A stretch of DNA of 64,000 nt. Source: Mobula birostris (taxonomy: Eukaryota). The notes under the pieces were generated by a model. It was given only the letters and a program-made list of their open reading frames with translations. It was not told the DNA's origin and searched no databases. The stretch covers positions 37,209,590 to 37,273,589 of the forward strand of contig NC_092387.1 of assembly GCF_030028105.1 (NCBI RefSeq). The letters run 5' to 3'. This document shows, one piece after another, positions 1-13,310 of the stretch (positions are counted from its first letter, which is position 1; each line of letters begins with the position of its first letter). The position numbers were made by a program, and so were the translations under genes.

Positions 1-360
1 CTCCCCAGCATTGAGCACATCTATTGAGCATTGTCGCAGGAAATCATCAGGCACCCCCACCACCCAAGCCATGCCCTCTTCTTGCTGCTGCCATCAGGAA
101 GAAGGTACAGGTACGTCAGAACTCACACCACCAGTTTCAGGAAAAGTTATTACTCCTCAACCATCAAGGCTCTTGAACCAAAGAGGATAACTTCACTCAA
201 TTCACTTGCCCCATCATTGAAATATTCCCACAATCAATGGACTCACTTTCGAGGACTCTTCATCTCATGTTCTCAATACTCATTGTTATTTATTTATTAT
301 TTTTATTTCCTTCTTTTTGTATTGGCAGAGTCTGTTGTCTTTTGCATACTGGTTGAACAC
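1..360 (+). mobile_element. Rex1/Babar-type LINE, 3' fragment (ORF C-terminus and 3' UTR)
   Basis: Translation HPSHALFLLLPSGRRYRYVRTHTTSFRKSYY is the typical Rex/Babar C-terminal motif, followed by an AT-rich 3' UTR. Confidence 0.75.
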
Positions 361-1083
361 CCAAGTTCAGAATTACAGAATGAATGGGTTTGCAGCTCAA
401 GCTAGCTCTCCACAAATGAAACAGACAAAATGCTCGACCCCAAGTATATTCCCAGATTCCCATCAGTTGGAAAGATTTCCACTCTGCTATTGCTTGGGTA
501 GCATTCAATTCAAGATTCTTTCTCCTGCTCTCTGTAAGGTTCTTAAGTAGCTGCCATACTTCAGCCAGTGGCAGTCCAAACTCCCTAAGACTTTGAAGCC
601 TCTGTGAAAACAGATGCAAGCTGTTACATATGGAACATAGAGAATCCTGTCTGAGGATTGGATATATAACTAACGTGGAACCTACGCAATGGGTCACAGG
701 GTGTTAAAGCCAAAACCATTTGCCCACCAGAAATTTGACCAAATAAAGAACATGAATGCTGAGAAAGTATCTTGTATGTTTTACTGAACCAGCCAGGATT
801 TCAGAAGCCAAGATAATCTATATAGTAACCTGCTCTGCACAATACCCAGCAGAAATTAGATGGAACACATGCCGGAGAAGAAAAGGAAGAGGAAGGTATA
901 GATCCAGGTCTAGTGTGAGGAGCAGTACATATTGCTGCACAGGTTACTAGAATGACCCCATCACTGCAAAGTTCAGTTGACCTTCAGGAATCCATCCAAC
1001 CAGCAGAATAACAATCATTCTTTCCTGACTCCATTCCACCAGAAGTATCAAGGGCATTGGGTAAAGAACAGGTTCCATTTTAA

Positions 1084-2600
1084 TAGTCAAGTCAAGTTTA
1101 TTGTCATTTAACTACATACATGTACATTACGTTATTAACCGTATAATGTATATAGAAACAAGACAACGTTTCTTCAAACCAGGGTGTAAAGCATAGTAGT
1201 GCACATAACACACAATAATTTATGAAGGTAAGGATAAAATCTACAGATGAATCATATGTAAATAACAAACTAAAGTACATTAATATTAAATATTGTAAGG
1301 TACAGAACAGATTAACCAGTGACACTTGGAATACGATGTGGCCAGGAGTTCAGAAGCCTAATGGCCTGGAGGAAGAAACTGTTTCCCATCCTGACCATTC
1401 TTGTTTTTATGCATCATAGTCTCCTGCTTGATGGTAGAAAGTCAAAGAGGATGCTGGATGGATGGGTGGGATCCTTAATAATGCTAAGGTCCCTGCATAT
1501 GCAATGCTCCTGATTAATGTCTGCAAAGAACGGTAGGAAGACCCCTATGATCCTCTCAGCTGTTCTCAGACTCCTTTGTAGGGTCTTATGGTCCAATGCT
1601 TGACTGCTCCCATACCAGAGGGAGATACAACTTGTCAGGATGCCCTTAATGGTGCTCCTGTAAAACACAGTTAAGATGTGGGAGGGGAGGCTTGCTTGCC
1701 TCGATCTTCTTAGAAAGTGGCGACACCACTGTGCCTTCTTGTTCAGGGGGGTGATATTAAGGGATCAGGGGAGGTCATCCATGAACTCCCAGGAACTTGG
1801 TGCACTGAACTCTCTCTATGGAGGAGCCATATATTCGCAGAGAGAGATGGTTCATCTACACCTTCCTGAAGTCCACAATGATTTCCTTTGTCTTCTCCGC
1901 GTTCAGGCTTCGGCTGTTCTTCTCACACCAGTCCACCAGCCGCTCCACTTCCTCTCAACACTCTATCTCATCATCGTTCTTGATAAAGCCATCTACTGTC
2001 CTATCATCTGTAAACTTGATGACACGGCTTGAGCTGGATCCTGCGACACAGGTATGCATCAGCAGTGGGCTGAGCGCAGTCTTGCAGGACACCAGTGCTC
2101 AGCGTCATGGGACGAGAGACGTTGCTGCCCACACAGACTGACTGTGGCCTTACTGTTAAGAAGTCCAGTATCCCATTGCAGAGGAAGGTGGTGAGACCTA
2201 GCAAGGACAGCTTCTCCACCAGTTTCTGGGGTATGATGGTGTTGAACACCAAACTGGTCTACAAACAGCTGTCTGGCATATGAGACACCATTTTCCAGGT
2301 GAGACAGGACTGAGTGGAGGGCAGAGGCTACTGCATCATCAGTGGATCGATTTGAGCGATAAGCGAACTGGAAAGGGTCCAGTGTAGCCGGGAGAAAGGC
2401 TTTAATGTGCTGCATGACCAGCTAAACAAAGCATTTCATAATGGTTGATGTTAATGCCACCAGATGATAGTCATTTAGGCAGATTACTGTCCCCTTCTTT
2501 GGCACTGGAATGATGGTTGCCACCTTGAAAACCAAGGGGACAACGGATTGTTCCAAAGAGATGTTAAATATATCCGTCAGTACCTCCATTAGCTGATATC
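1084..2600 (-). mobile_element. Rex1/Babar-type LINE, degenerate RT and 3' end
   Basis: Minus-strand fragments IIPVPKK...[51 protein letters not shown] and SILTSCISLWYG, with frameshifts. A short (TTGAC)n-type tail lies at about 1084. Confidence 0.85.
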
Positions 2601-3319
2601 CATAAAACAACTTTCTTCATAACTAAGAAAATTCACAAAAATCACTCGATGTTGCGACCATAATTCCACAGTATTGTAATGAATCAAAAAGACACAAGAC
2701 TGATAAGAAAGAGTAATTACTAAAAGCAGAGAGAGAGGAAAATAGTTCTACCATTCATAGGAGCAAACTTATGTTCTTACGTTGGGTCCTTGAATGTAGT
2801 TATATTATAGGAGTTCTCTTCTATGGAAGGTTGTCAGTAAATTGGGTGTTTGTTAACCCAGAGATGACCTAAATAATCCAATTATGCCCCTTCGAAGCCC
2901 CCAATTCTCAAATTCAGTCCACAATCTCTTGATTCCAAACGAAATAGCCACACCTGTCATTAACCGTATATATTGCTGAACAGAAAGCTGTGTCAAAATA
3001 TGTTTATGGGAATTCAAACAACTGATACTACAGCATCGTGTAAAACATACATCTGCATACAATGTGGAAGCACAAATGTTTACCCTTTCTTTTCCTCTAG
3101 GATTCTGTGAGGTACCATCCCAACAATTTCATTGGAGGTAGATGCAGTCTGTTCTGACCCATGTCCTAAAGGTTGTTTTGATTTTAAATTCCAGGGTGTT
3201 ATTAGCAAATTAGTACTTACTCCCTTTTTCTATTTGTCCTTGATAGGGTGATGCTGAGCCTTCTAGAACTGCTCCAGGCTGAATATAAGAAAAAGAAGGC
3301 AGAGTGGGCTTTTTAGCCC

Positions 3320-3640
3320 TTGCACCTGGCCAGCCATTCAACAAGGCTGATTTTGTACTTCTGCATTACTTTATTCGTTGACATCCTTAATATTCAAAAA
3401 TCTATTGAACTCTTTCTTGAATATACCCAGTAACAGCGCTTCCTCAGCCTTTAGGGTACAGAATTCCAAAAGTTTATTATCCTCTGGGCTGAAGAAATTT
3501 CTTTTCATCTCAGTCCTCATCCTTTATTTTGAAATTATGGTCCCTTATTAAAGACACCCTATCCAGTGGAAACATCAATTCTGCATGTACATTGTCAAGC
3601 ACCGTGAGAATTTTGTTTATTTCAATAACTTTGTGTTCTT
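3320..3640 (-). mobile_element. Old CR1 LINE 3' end
   Basis: Degenerate match to the CR1 3' end also seen at 61415-61800 (agaattccaaa...cctctgg...gaagaaatttctt...catctcagtcct). Confidence 0.55.
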
Positions 3641-4097
3641 CTGCACTCAAGAGAGCACATGCAAGCATTAAAATCAGCAGCTGCTGTCACATTGCCTGAT
3701 GACAGTGAGCATTTGTAGCTTCAATGCCTTTACTCTGCAAAACTGGGACATAAACTGGAATAGTTAATCTGAGATGGTGGGGTGTACCTGTTCTCATCAC
3801 CCCTACTCTGGGGAACCTAGGAGTGTTGCATCAATGCTACAGATGAATTAAAGCCACCCTAATGAATGTACTACCAAAATCTTTTGTTTTCTCCTCATCG
3901 GCATTCTATTTTCCCATAGCTCATTGACTGACAAGTTAAAGAATTGAAGTAACACGCACAAACTGCCAGAAGAACTCAGCACCTCGGGCAGCATCTATGG
4001 AGGGGAATAAACAACAACATTTTGAGCTGAGACCTTTGTAAGAGCTCCAATATCTGTGTCTATAAAGTTTGGAAGTGTCTTTACTTTCATCCAATTA

Positions 4098-5712
4098 CAG
4101 GTGTCCCCCGCTTTTTGAACGTTCGCTTTACGAAACCTCACTGTTACGAAAGACCTACATTAGTTACCCTGCTTTCACTTTCAGAAGGTATTTTCACTGT
4201 TACGAAAGAAAAGCAGCGCGCGATAAAAGGCAGCGCGCGCCCTGAGCAGCCGCTCTCCCCGGATTCGGAACTGCATTCTCGCTGGCATTGCTTTAACACG
4301 TGCCTGTGAGCAGCCATTTGCAAGATGGGTTCTATGGTGTCGGAAAAGCCTAAAAGAGCTCGTAAGGGTGTTACACTTAGCATAAAACTAGACATAATTA
4401 AGCATTTCGATTGTGGTGAATGAAGTAAGGACAAAGTGAGTTTGGCTTGTGGAAGCTGACGAAGATGATGTTGAAGAGGTTTTGGCATCCCATGACCAAG
4501 AACTGATAGATGAAGAGCTGATGCAATTGGAAGAGGAAAGGATAAGAATCGAAACCGAATGCAGTAGCGAAAGTGAAGCAACTACGTGAGATTTTCGCTG
4601 CAATTAAAGTACAACTTTAATTTTGAAAGGGTACATAGGTTTAGGGGATATTTGCAAGAAGGTTTGAGTCCTTACAAAGAACTGTATGATAGAAAAATGC
4701 GCGAGGCTCAGCAGTCAAGCAAGCCTTCCATATCAGCCACAGCAGACGACGAACCTCGACCTTCGACATGGAGGCGGGCAGTCACAGGAGAAGATGAGCT
4801 GCCTGCTCTAATGGAAATAGGCGACGAGATGACACCCCAGTGTCCCACCACCCCAACCCCCAGGCCACAGACAGATACTGATTTGCGGAGAATGCAAAGG
4901 TAGCCAGGAGGCACACAGCACATCATTAAGAAGAAAGCTGGAATAAACATGCTAATTAATTAGGTGCTGCTGACACGTAATTGTCGGCCCAGATCAGAGA
5001 TGACGCAATCGAAAATCAGCACTGATCTGGTCCGATAATTACGTGTCGAGCGGCACCTAATTAATTAGCATGTTTAGTTTGTTTTTTTTCTTAAAGATGT
5101 GCTGTGTGCCTCCCGGCTACCACTGGACCCCTGCATGCTTCGCAGCAATGTATCGGTCAGTGGCCTGGAGGGTGGGGGCCACTGCACCAGCCAACCTGCG
5201 ACAACTCAGTCTAACACACCATCTTCAGTGTGCTCTGCGCTGTTTTCCCGATTCCAGTAAGTGATACTACACTGTACATACATTATTTCTACTTTATATT
5301 GGCTGTGTATTTTTACATGTTATTTGGTATGATTTGGCAGCTTCATAGCTTAAAGGTTACTGGAGAGCACTTGCACCGTGTTTTTGCCAACAGTGCTTGC
5401 GTTAGATTTTCTGCCGACGGCGTTTGCGTGAGATTTTCGTCATGGAGAACAGTGCAGTAATGATTGTGGAAAAGTATTTCTACTTTATATAGGCTGTGTA
5501 TTTATCATATCATTCCTGCTTTTACTATATGTTACTGTTATTTTAGGTTTTATGTGTTATTTGGCATGATTTGGTAGGTTATTTTTGGGTCTGCGAACAC
5601 TCACAAAATTTTCCCATATAAATAAATAATAATTGCTTCTTCGCTTTATGACATTTCGGCTTACGAACCGTTTCATAGGAACGCTCTACCTTTGGATGGT
5701 GGGGGAAACCTG
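4098..5712 (+). mobile_element. Tigger/pogo-type DNA transposon, internally deleted
   Basis: Termini caggtgtcccccg and gggggaaacctg are flanked by TA at 4096-97 and 5713-14. Remnants of the transposase N-terminal HTH (KPKRARKGVTLSIKLDIIKHFDCGE) are joined directly to an acidic C-terminus (DDVEEVLASHDQELIDEELMQLEE). Confidence 0.85.
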
Positions 5713-5773
5713 TAATACTCAGATTTAATAAGAATGAGGCATTTTGTTCATTCAACATCAGTCACAGAACATA

Positions 5774-6302
5774 TACACAATGGCCACTTTATTAGGTACT
5801 AGAGTGGAACGCCTGTAGCTACTGAATTGGCTCTGGGTGTTTTATGCTCATCTACTGCTGTAGACCATGCACTTCAAAGTTCACCATGCTGTGCACACTT
5901 TTGTTCTTTTGCACACTACTGTTGAAATGTATGGTTACCTGAGCTACTGTTACCTTCCTGTCAGCTTGAACCTGTCCGACCTCTCTCATTAACAAAGCTG
6001 TCTCTAACTGGATGTTCTTTTTTATTGCATCATTCTCCGTAAACTCTTGATCTCCCAGGAGATCAGCAATTTCTCAAATACTCCAACCACCCCATCTGGC
6101 ATCAACAATCATTCCACAGTCAAAGTCACGTAGATCCCATTTCTTCCCCATTCTGATGTTTTTGGTCCAAATAACAATTGAACTCATTGACCATGTTTGC
6201 GTGCTTTTGTGCATTGAGTTGCTGCCACGTGATTGGCTGATTAGATATTTGCATTAATTAGCAGGTGTACAGGAGTACCAAATAAAGTGGCCACCGAGTG
6301 AA
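5774..6302. mobile_element. Non-autonomous Tc1/mariner-like element (MITE)
   Basis: Inverted termini tggccactttattaggtac and gtaccaaataaagtggcca. No ORF. Confidence 0.75.
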
Positions 6303-6819
6303 TGGTATAAAGTAAGTACTGGATCCTAGGCCTTTCAATGGTTGAAGTTCTTTTTAAGAATATTATCAGATGGCAACATTGTTTTTACAATTCTTACTAA
6401 GAAGGAGCAAGAATGCACTGCTACCACTCCTCCAGTTAACATCAACAATTACTTCAGCATGCAAGATGTCTCCGCCTTCCCTAGTTTTCATCCTTCTCAA
6501 CATAAGTCTCCAGATGACACTTGAGCACAGACTCTCTCTCTGGCATGGTCAAGTCTATATTTGTGGGTAAATATGAAGCTCCCTCTTATGGGAGCCATTG
6601 GAAATAATACAATAAGATTGGATTGCATTATGGTGTGTTCCAAATGTACAGGAGGAACTGCCAGTCTGTAAAAGCTTTCAGCAAAATAAAATTAACTTAT
6701 TTTACAGAAAGGGAGACTACTTGGTAACATAATTTTGAACTAGTTAAGAAGATGGTTTCGCCAAAAGCAGGACTACCTTCTCATCTCTGAGCCCTGGGAT
6801 TGAAACCAGAACAGGAAAA

Positions 6820-7850
6820 TTTTTCCCTCCACCATTGGTGCTGCCCACACCCACACCTCCTCCATTCCCTGAATGTCTGCACTCAGCCCATCTTCCGACC
6901 ACCTTAACATTGACAGAGTTCCTCTCAACTTACCTACCACCCCATGAGCCTCGGCATCCAGCACATCATCCTCTGCAACTTATGCCATCTCTAAAGGGAT
7001 CCCACCAACCAATATATCTTTACCTCCCACCTCTGCTTTCCACAGGGATTGCTCCCTCTGTGATTCCTTTGTCCATTCATCCCTCTCTGCTAATCTCCCT
7101 CCCAGCATTTATCCCTGCAAGCAGCCAAACTGCTACACCTGCCCATTTACCTTGTCTGTCACCTCCATTCAGGGCCCCAAACAGTTCTTCCAGGTGAGGC
7201 AACACTTCAGCTGAAAATCTATTGGGGTCATCTATTGTATCCAATGCTCCCGAGGCCGCCACCTCTACACTGGTGAGACCCTTTGTACATTAGGGAGCGC
7301 TTCACCAAGCACTTCTACTCTGTCCACCGAAAGAGAAACATTCTGGTGGCCAAACATTATAATTCCGATTCCCATTCCCATTCTGACATGTCAGTCCATA
7401 GCCTCCTCTTGTGCCAAGATGAGGCCATCCTGGATGAAGGAGCTACACTTTATATTCCATCTGGGTAGCCTCCAATCTGATAGCATGAACATCCATTTCT
7501 TCTTCCAGTAAAAAAAACCTCCCCCTTCCCTCTTCTTTTATTCCATGGCCTCTTACCTATAATCAGCTGCCTATCACCTGGGTCCCCTCCTTCCTCTCTT
7601 TCTGCTATGATCTACTTTTCTGTCCTATCAGATTCCTTTCTCTCCAGCTTTTTATCTTTCTAACCCACCTGGCTTCACCTATCACCTTCTAGCTATTCTC
7701 GTTTCCCTCCCCTCACTTTTTTATTCTGGTGTCTTCCCCTTTCCTTTCCAGTCCTGAAGAATGGTCTCAACCCAAAATGTCAACTGTTGGTGCATTTCCG
7801 TAGATGCTGCCTGACCTGCCGAGTTCCTCCAGCATTTTGTCTGTGTCGTA
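6820..7850 (+). mobile_element. Penelope-like element 3' part (GIY-YIG remnant, pLTR with decayed hammerhead)
   Basis: Translation LVAKHYNSDSHSHSDMSVHSLL, a pyrimidine-rich 3' UTR, and cagtc-ctgaaga...aaaa-tgtc-aactg at 7749-7786. Confidence 0.8.
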
Positions 7851-8089
7851 CAGGAAACATCGTCTATCATTGATTCTTCGGAATACCTATTACCTCTTCC
7901 TGAGGAATTGAGACAAGCATTAGCTTGCTGCCACATGGCCAGGACAGGTACAGTAGCTCAAAAGTTCCCTTCTCTATGATTGATCCAGTGGCTTTTGGGA
8001 TAATTGTTCATGGCAGAGAGCACACTAATGCAGGTTGTTTGGGGTGATTCCAATTTATTTCCCATAGTTCTATTATTGTGGTACCTATT

Positions 8090-8890
8090 CAGCTCTTGGC
8101 AATTGCACAAGATGTTGGTGAGGCTGCACTTGGAATATTGTGTTCAGTGTTGGTCACACTGCAATAGAAAAGATGCCATTATGGTGGAAAGAGTGCAGAG
8201 GAAATTTACAAGAATTTTGCCAAGCCTCAAAGGACTAAGTTATGGAGAGAGGTTGAACAGGCTGGGATGTAGGATAATGAGGTAGGATTTTTTTTTGTTA
8301 TCTTTTTATTAATTATTATTGAAAATCAACAACAGAGAAAAATACATCAAAATAATCAAGACAACATATCCATATGTAGAATAAAAGTTAAACTATCAAC
8401 CCAGCTGAACAGTAATAAAAAAAACTAAAATAATAATAAAAAAACAAAATGTTAAAGCTTTTATTTAATGGAAAAAAGAAAGAAAAAAAGAACCCCTACT
8501 AACTAAAACAGAAAAAAAACCCTAATAACAATGAGGTAGGAAATTATAGAAGTCTATAGAATCACGAGGGTCAGCATGTCCAGTCTTTTTCCCAGATGAA
8601 TCAAGAACAGAGATCATAGAATTAAGCTGAGGGGGGAGAGATTTAATTGGAACTGGAGGGGTAACATTTTCACCCAAAGGGTGATCAGTATATGGAATGA
8701 GCTGCCGGAGGAAGTGGTTGAGGCAGGTACTCTTACAACATTTAAGAGGTACATGCAAATGAATAGGAAGGGTTTCGAGGGAAATGGATTAAGTACGGGT
8801 ACATGGGACGAGCTTAGATTGGAATCTTGGTCAGCATGGACCAGATAGGCTGAAGGGCTTGTTTCCATGGTGTATGACTCCGTGACTCTA
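8090..8890 (+). mobile_element. CR1 LINE 3' end interrupted by a reverse-oriented retro-insert (8288-8529)
   Basis: Translation LVRLHLEYCVQCWS...ERVQRKFTRILP. The insert is bounded by TSD aatgaggtagga (8276-8287 and 8530-8541) and starts with a T-run. Confidence 0.8.
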
Positions 8891-11039
8891 TGACCTACAC
8901 ACTCATTTGTGCTTAAATTATCAGCTTTGTCCAATTCAGTTTCACAATTCTACAGGATAGAACTGGAACCAAAGGGAAGCCGGTTTCTTACCTTAAATGC
9001 TTGATTGCAATTCCCACTGAGGACAGCCAGGGAAACAATTTTCCATTGCAATATGAATTCTTCAATGAAGCAAAATCAGGCGCACCAATTGCTTTTCAAG
9101 CAAATGTCCTGTCTCCTTTTTTTAACCAGAGTACCAGGAACAGAGAAATGCCTTGGGTCTCTTTCTTCCACTTTGAAATACAAGTGTATCTGGTGGCTTT
9201 AATGTTTTACTTTCAGAACATTGACCAATTCAGATTCAGTCCTGTATATAATTAGAACAATAGCCACTGGTCACCACGACATTAGTTTTTGAACGTCTCT
9301 GGAATGGAAGCCCCTGGCAAGATGAGCTATCTCTGACTGCTGTGGAAATGTTTGCACAACAGAACCAGGCACCTGTTGCCTCGGTGACAGAGCAATCATG
9401 TGTAAACGGACACTGTCAATCTTGAGGCATAGAGAGTCGGGTGTTGGTACGTTTCACTACCATACTGAACCTTACTGAGCAGATTGCAAAGTTTAATGGG
9501 TTTCACTTGAGGCATTCCTACATTAAGATGACAAAGATACAATTACCCCAGCCTTGCCCAGGCCAGGTAGAAACATCACTGAGTCAATCCAATGATTTTA
9601 AGAGTCATGTTTGTATGCAGAGAACATACAGATATAGATAGGTAAATGAACTATTTTCATTATGCAAATTGCCCATAAGTCAATGACAATAAGCCCTCAG
9701 TAGAGTCTGACTGTGCTCCCATTTGCATTGTTTTCTTCAGTGAGTATATCAGTGCAATCTTCTACCAAAACAGTTATAATCAGCATTGTTAATACTGCTC
9801 ACATACACACAAACACTGAGTAAATTTAATTTCAGTCTCATTAACACTTGAGTTTTGTATGCAGGATCTGAGACTGAGCAGTCTCATTCATTAGGTTTGT
9901 CTTTAAGAGTATTGTAGAGTCAACATGCTGAAATTATTAATCATTAAATTACAGCTGGTGCATGAAATAAACTTACTTACTTCACATAGGAGCACAGTGG
10001 TTCCAAATCAATGCTCTGAAAATCCAAAAATCTAGCAATTCTTGACTGAGATCTCTCTTCCCCCCCCCTCCCCCTGCCCCCCTCCCTCTCCCTCTCTCTC
10101 AAAACAATAAGTCTGGGAATTTCAATCCTATTTCTAATGTCTGTGATTTCCATAAATTAGTTTAATTCTCCGACTTTCCAGAGCATTAGAAAATAAAAGC
10201 AAAATAGATTCCATTGAAAACCTAAACCCTATAACCATGACATACAATGCTGTGATAAAGTTCTATGAAATCACTAAGCATTCTAAATGTTTTGGCATAA
10301 TGCCCAATGGTATTGAATTGCTTTGCATAACTGGCATCCAATCACAATATGGTTCATAGGTCGGCATGGCACCCAATGGCTGACTTTGCTCTATGTTATT
10401 ATCTTGTTCTGTGTGATGATGAATGGTCATACAAAATTAACGTAAATAAACACAAATGTTGGCATGAGAACCAAGAGGCACAGGGTCAGCACTATTAACT
10501 GAAAGTTTGGATTATGAACATACTAACAGAAATAAATGGTCTCAGAGGATAGTTTTAAAAACAAATATGGTAATATGTCCAAACAATGTTGAAACTAAGT
10601 ACGATGGCCTTCATAACCAACCTCAAAATTGGCTGTAATGAAGAAAAAAGAAATCAGCACTGATACTGGAATGGCAGGTTCATCACTGCCCACCCTCACG
10701 AAACTCAATGCATCCTAATCAAACCAGGGCTGGATGTTAGCCAGTATGGTCTGGCACAATGTGCTGGTACAAAAGCAGCTGATGCAAAGACTAAAAATGG
10801 GCTAATTATTATCCTGGTAAGAAATTTAAGTTAATTTTTATGCTGAATAAGACTCACTTTGAAAAATGTTAGCAGTGGGTCATTCTGTGCTATGTAAGAG
10901 CCTGACTCTTCAATAAAATGTAAAAAAAACCCTGTTTGTACAGCTTGTTCCTTGTTATCTAGAAATATTCTTACAATGAGTTTATGTTAATTTTCTGGTT
11001 GTGACCTTCCCCATTCTGACACTATATGACTATACCCTC

Positions 11040-11345
11040 TATAGCGGTTAGCACGAGCTATTACAGCTAGGGGCGCTGGCATTCGGAGTTCAATTCTGAC
11101 ATCATCTGTAAGGAGTTTGTACGTCCTTCCCATGAATGTATGGGTTTCCTCTGGGTGCTCTGGTTTCCGCCCTCAGTCCTTCTCATGAAGGTATGAGTTT
11201 CCTCTGGGTGCTCTGGTGTCCTGATTAATAGGTTAATTGTTTATTGATAACTGTCCCATAATTAGGCTAGGGTTAATCGGTGGGTTGCTGGTGGCAGGGT
11301 TCAAAGGGCTGGAAGAGCCTATTCCATGTTGTATCTCTAAATAAA
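11040..11345 (+). mobile_element. tRNA-derived SINE (HE1/V-SINE-like)
   Basis: A-box-like tagcggttagc, B-box-like ggagttcaattc, and the central motif tgggtttcctctgggtgctctggtttcc. Related copies lie at about 28530, 48530 (-) and 58905. Confidence 0.7.
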
Positions 11346-11504
11346 AATAAATGAAATCTCTTTATGTACTGTGACATTGCCCTGGTGCAGAGACATGTAA
11401 AGTAACAAAGGAAATAATACAAACTGCTAAAACAACAATGCATTTAAATACAATAACTCACAACAAATGCTGGAGGAACTCAGCAGGTCAGGCAGCAGAG
11501 TAAA

Positions 11505-11542
11505 CAGTCGATGTTTCAGGCTGAGACCCTTCATCAGGACGG
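11505..11542 (-). ncRNA. Minimal hammerhead ribozyme motif (PLE pLTR)
   Basis: The minus strand reads ccgtc-CTGATGA-agggtctcagcct-GAAA-catc-gactg. The core is intact, the triplet is AUC and stem I has one mismatch. Confidence 0.65.
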
Positions 11543-11665
11543 AGAAAGAAGGGGAGAGATGCCAGAACAAAAAATTGGGGGGGAGGGGAAAGAGACTAGC
11601 TACAAAGAGAAGCCAGGTGGGTGGGAAAGGTCGGGCTGGAAAAGAAAGAATCTGATAGCAGAGGA

Positions 11666-13310
11666 TTATTATTATTATTATTGATTATGATTATGAGGAC
11701 ACGCAGTCCCCTTTTATTGTCATTTAGTAATGCATGCATTATGAAATGATAAAAATGTTTTTCCAGAATGATATCACGAAAACACATGACAAACTGACTT
11801 AAAAACTAACAAAAACTCAGGGTTCAGTGCTGGGACCGCAGCTGTTTACAATATATATTAATGATTTAGATGAGGGAATTAAAGGTAACATTAGCAAATT
11901 TGCCGATGACACAAAGCTGGGTGGCAGTGTGAAATGTGAGGAGGATGTTATGAGAATGCAGGGTGACTTGGACAGGCTGGGTGAGTGGGCAGATGCATGG
12001 CAGATGCAGTTTAATGTGGATAAATGTGAGGTTATCCACTTTGGTGGTAAGAACGGGAAGGCAGATTATTATCTAAATGGAGTCAAGTTAGGAAAAGGGG
12101 AAGCACAACGAGATCTAGGTGTTCTTGTACATCAGTCACTGAAAGCAAGCATGCAAGTACAACAGGCAGTGAAGAAAGCTAATGGCATGCTGGCTTTCAT
12201 AACAAGGGGAATTGAGTATAAGAGCAAAGAGGTCCTTCTGCAGCTGTACAGGGCCCTGGTGAGACCACACCTGGAGTACTGTGTGCAGTTTTGGTCTCCA
12301 AATTTGAGGAAGGACATTCTTGCTATTGGGGGAGTGCAGCGTAGGTTCACAAGGTTAATTCCCGGGATGGCGGGACTGTGATATGTTGAAAGATTGGAGC
12401 GACTGGGCTTGTACACTCTGGAATTTAGAATGCTGAGAGGGGATTTTATTGAAACATATAAGATTATTAAGGGATTGGACACGCTGGAGGCAGGAAGCAT
12501 GACCCCGCTGATGGGTGAGTCCAGAACCAGAGGCCACAGTTTAAGAATAAGGGGTAGGCCATTTAGAACGGAGTTAAGGAAAAACCTTTTCACCCAGAGA
12601 GTGGTGGATATATGGAATGTTCTGCTCCAGAAGGCCGTGGAGGCCAAGTCTCTGGATGCTTTCAAGAAAGAGATGGATAGAGCTCTTAAAGATAGCAGAA
12701 TCAAAGGTTATGGGGATAAGGCAGGAACTGGATACTGATTGTGGATGATCAGCCATGATCACAGTGAATGGTGGTGCTGGCTCGAAGGGCCGAATGGCCT
12801 ACTCCTGCACCTATTGTCTATAAAAACCACATAATTATAACATATAGTTACAACAGTGCAAAGTAATACCGTGATTTGATAAGAACAGACCACGGCACAG
12901 TAAAAGTCTCAGAGTCTCTCGAAAGTCCCACCATCTCACGCAGACGGTAAACCTCCAGCGCCACCAACTTGCCAGTGCAGCATCCCGGAAGCATCCGACC
13001 ACAGTCCGACTCCGAGTCCGTCCGAAAAACTCCGAGCCTCCGACCACCTATTCGACACTGAGCACCGAGCACCATCTCTGCCGAGCATTTCGACCCCAGC
13101 CCTGGCAACAGGCGATATGCAAAGCCGAGGATTTGGGGCCTTCGCCTCCGGAGATTCTCAATTGCACAGTAGCAGCGGCAGTGAAGCAGGCATTTCAGAA
13201 GTTTCTCCAAATGTTCCTCTGCGTTTCACGGCTGTCCCCATCAAATCCGGATTGTGCATGGCACCCCTAGTTACACATATCGATATTCATTCGATATACA
13301 GCCGCGCGCG
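11666..13310 (-). mobile_element. LINE 3' UTR fragment (probably Rex/Babar) with (TAA)n tail, nested in the PLE
   Basis: Begins with a (tat)n microsatellite followed by ttttattgtcatt (polyA-signal-like on -). It is itself split by the CR1 insertion. Confidence 0.55.
11817..12821 (+). mobile_element. Young 5'-truncated CR1 LINE (ORF2 RT C-terminal third and 3' UTR)
   Basis: The frame 11827-12738 reads LGPQLFTIYINDLD...KFADDTKLGG...HLEYCVQFWSP...TRGHSLRI with only one in-frame stop (12379-81). TSD aaaaac at 11811-16 and 12822-27. Confidence 0.92.

Noticed and set aside
290-697. 135-aa minus-strand ORF with an internal acceptor-like site near 602
   Set aside because: It has no recognisable domain and no clear donor, runs into a LINE tail, and does not continue the EF-hand pattern.
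8993-9110. Minus-strand segment with AG...AAG|gtaag splice-like ends
   Set aside because: It has stops in all three frames.
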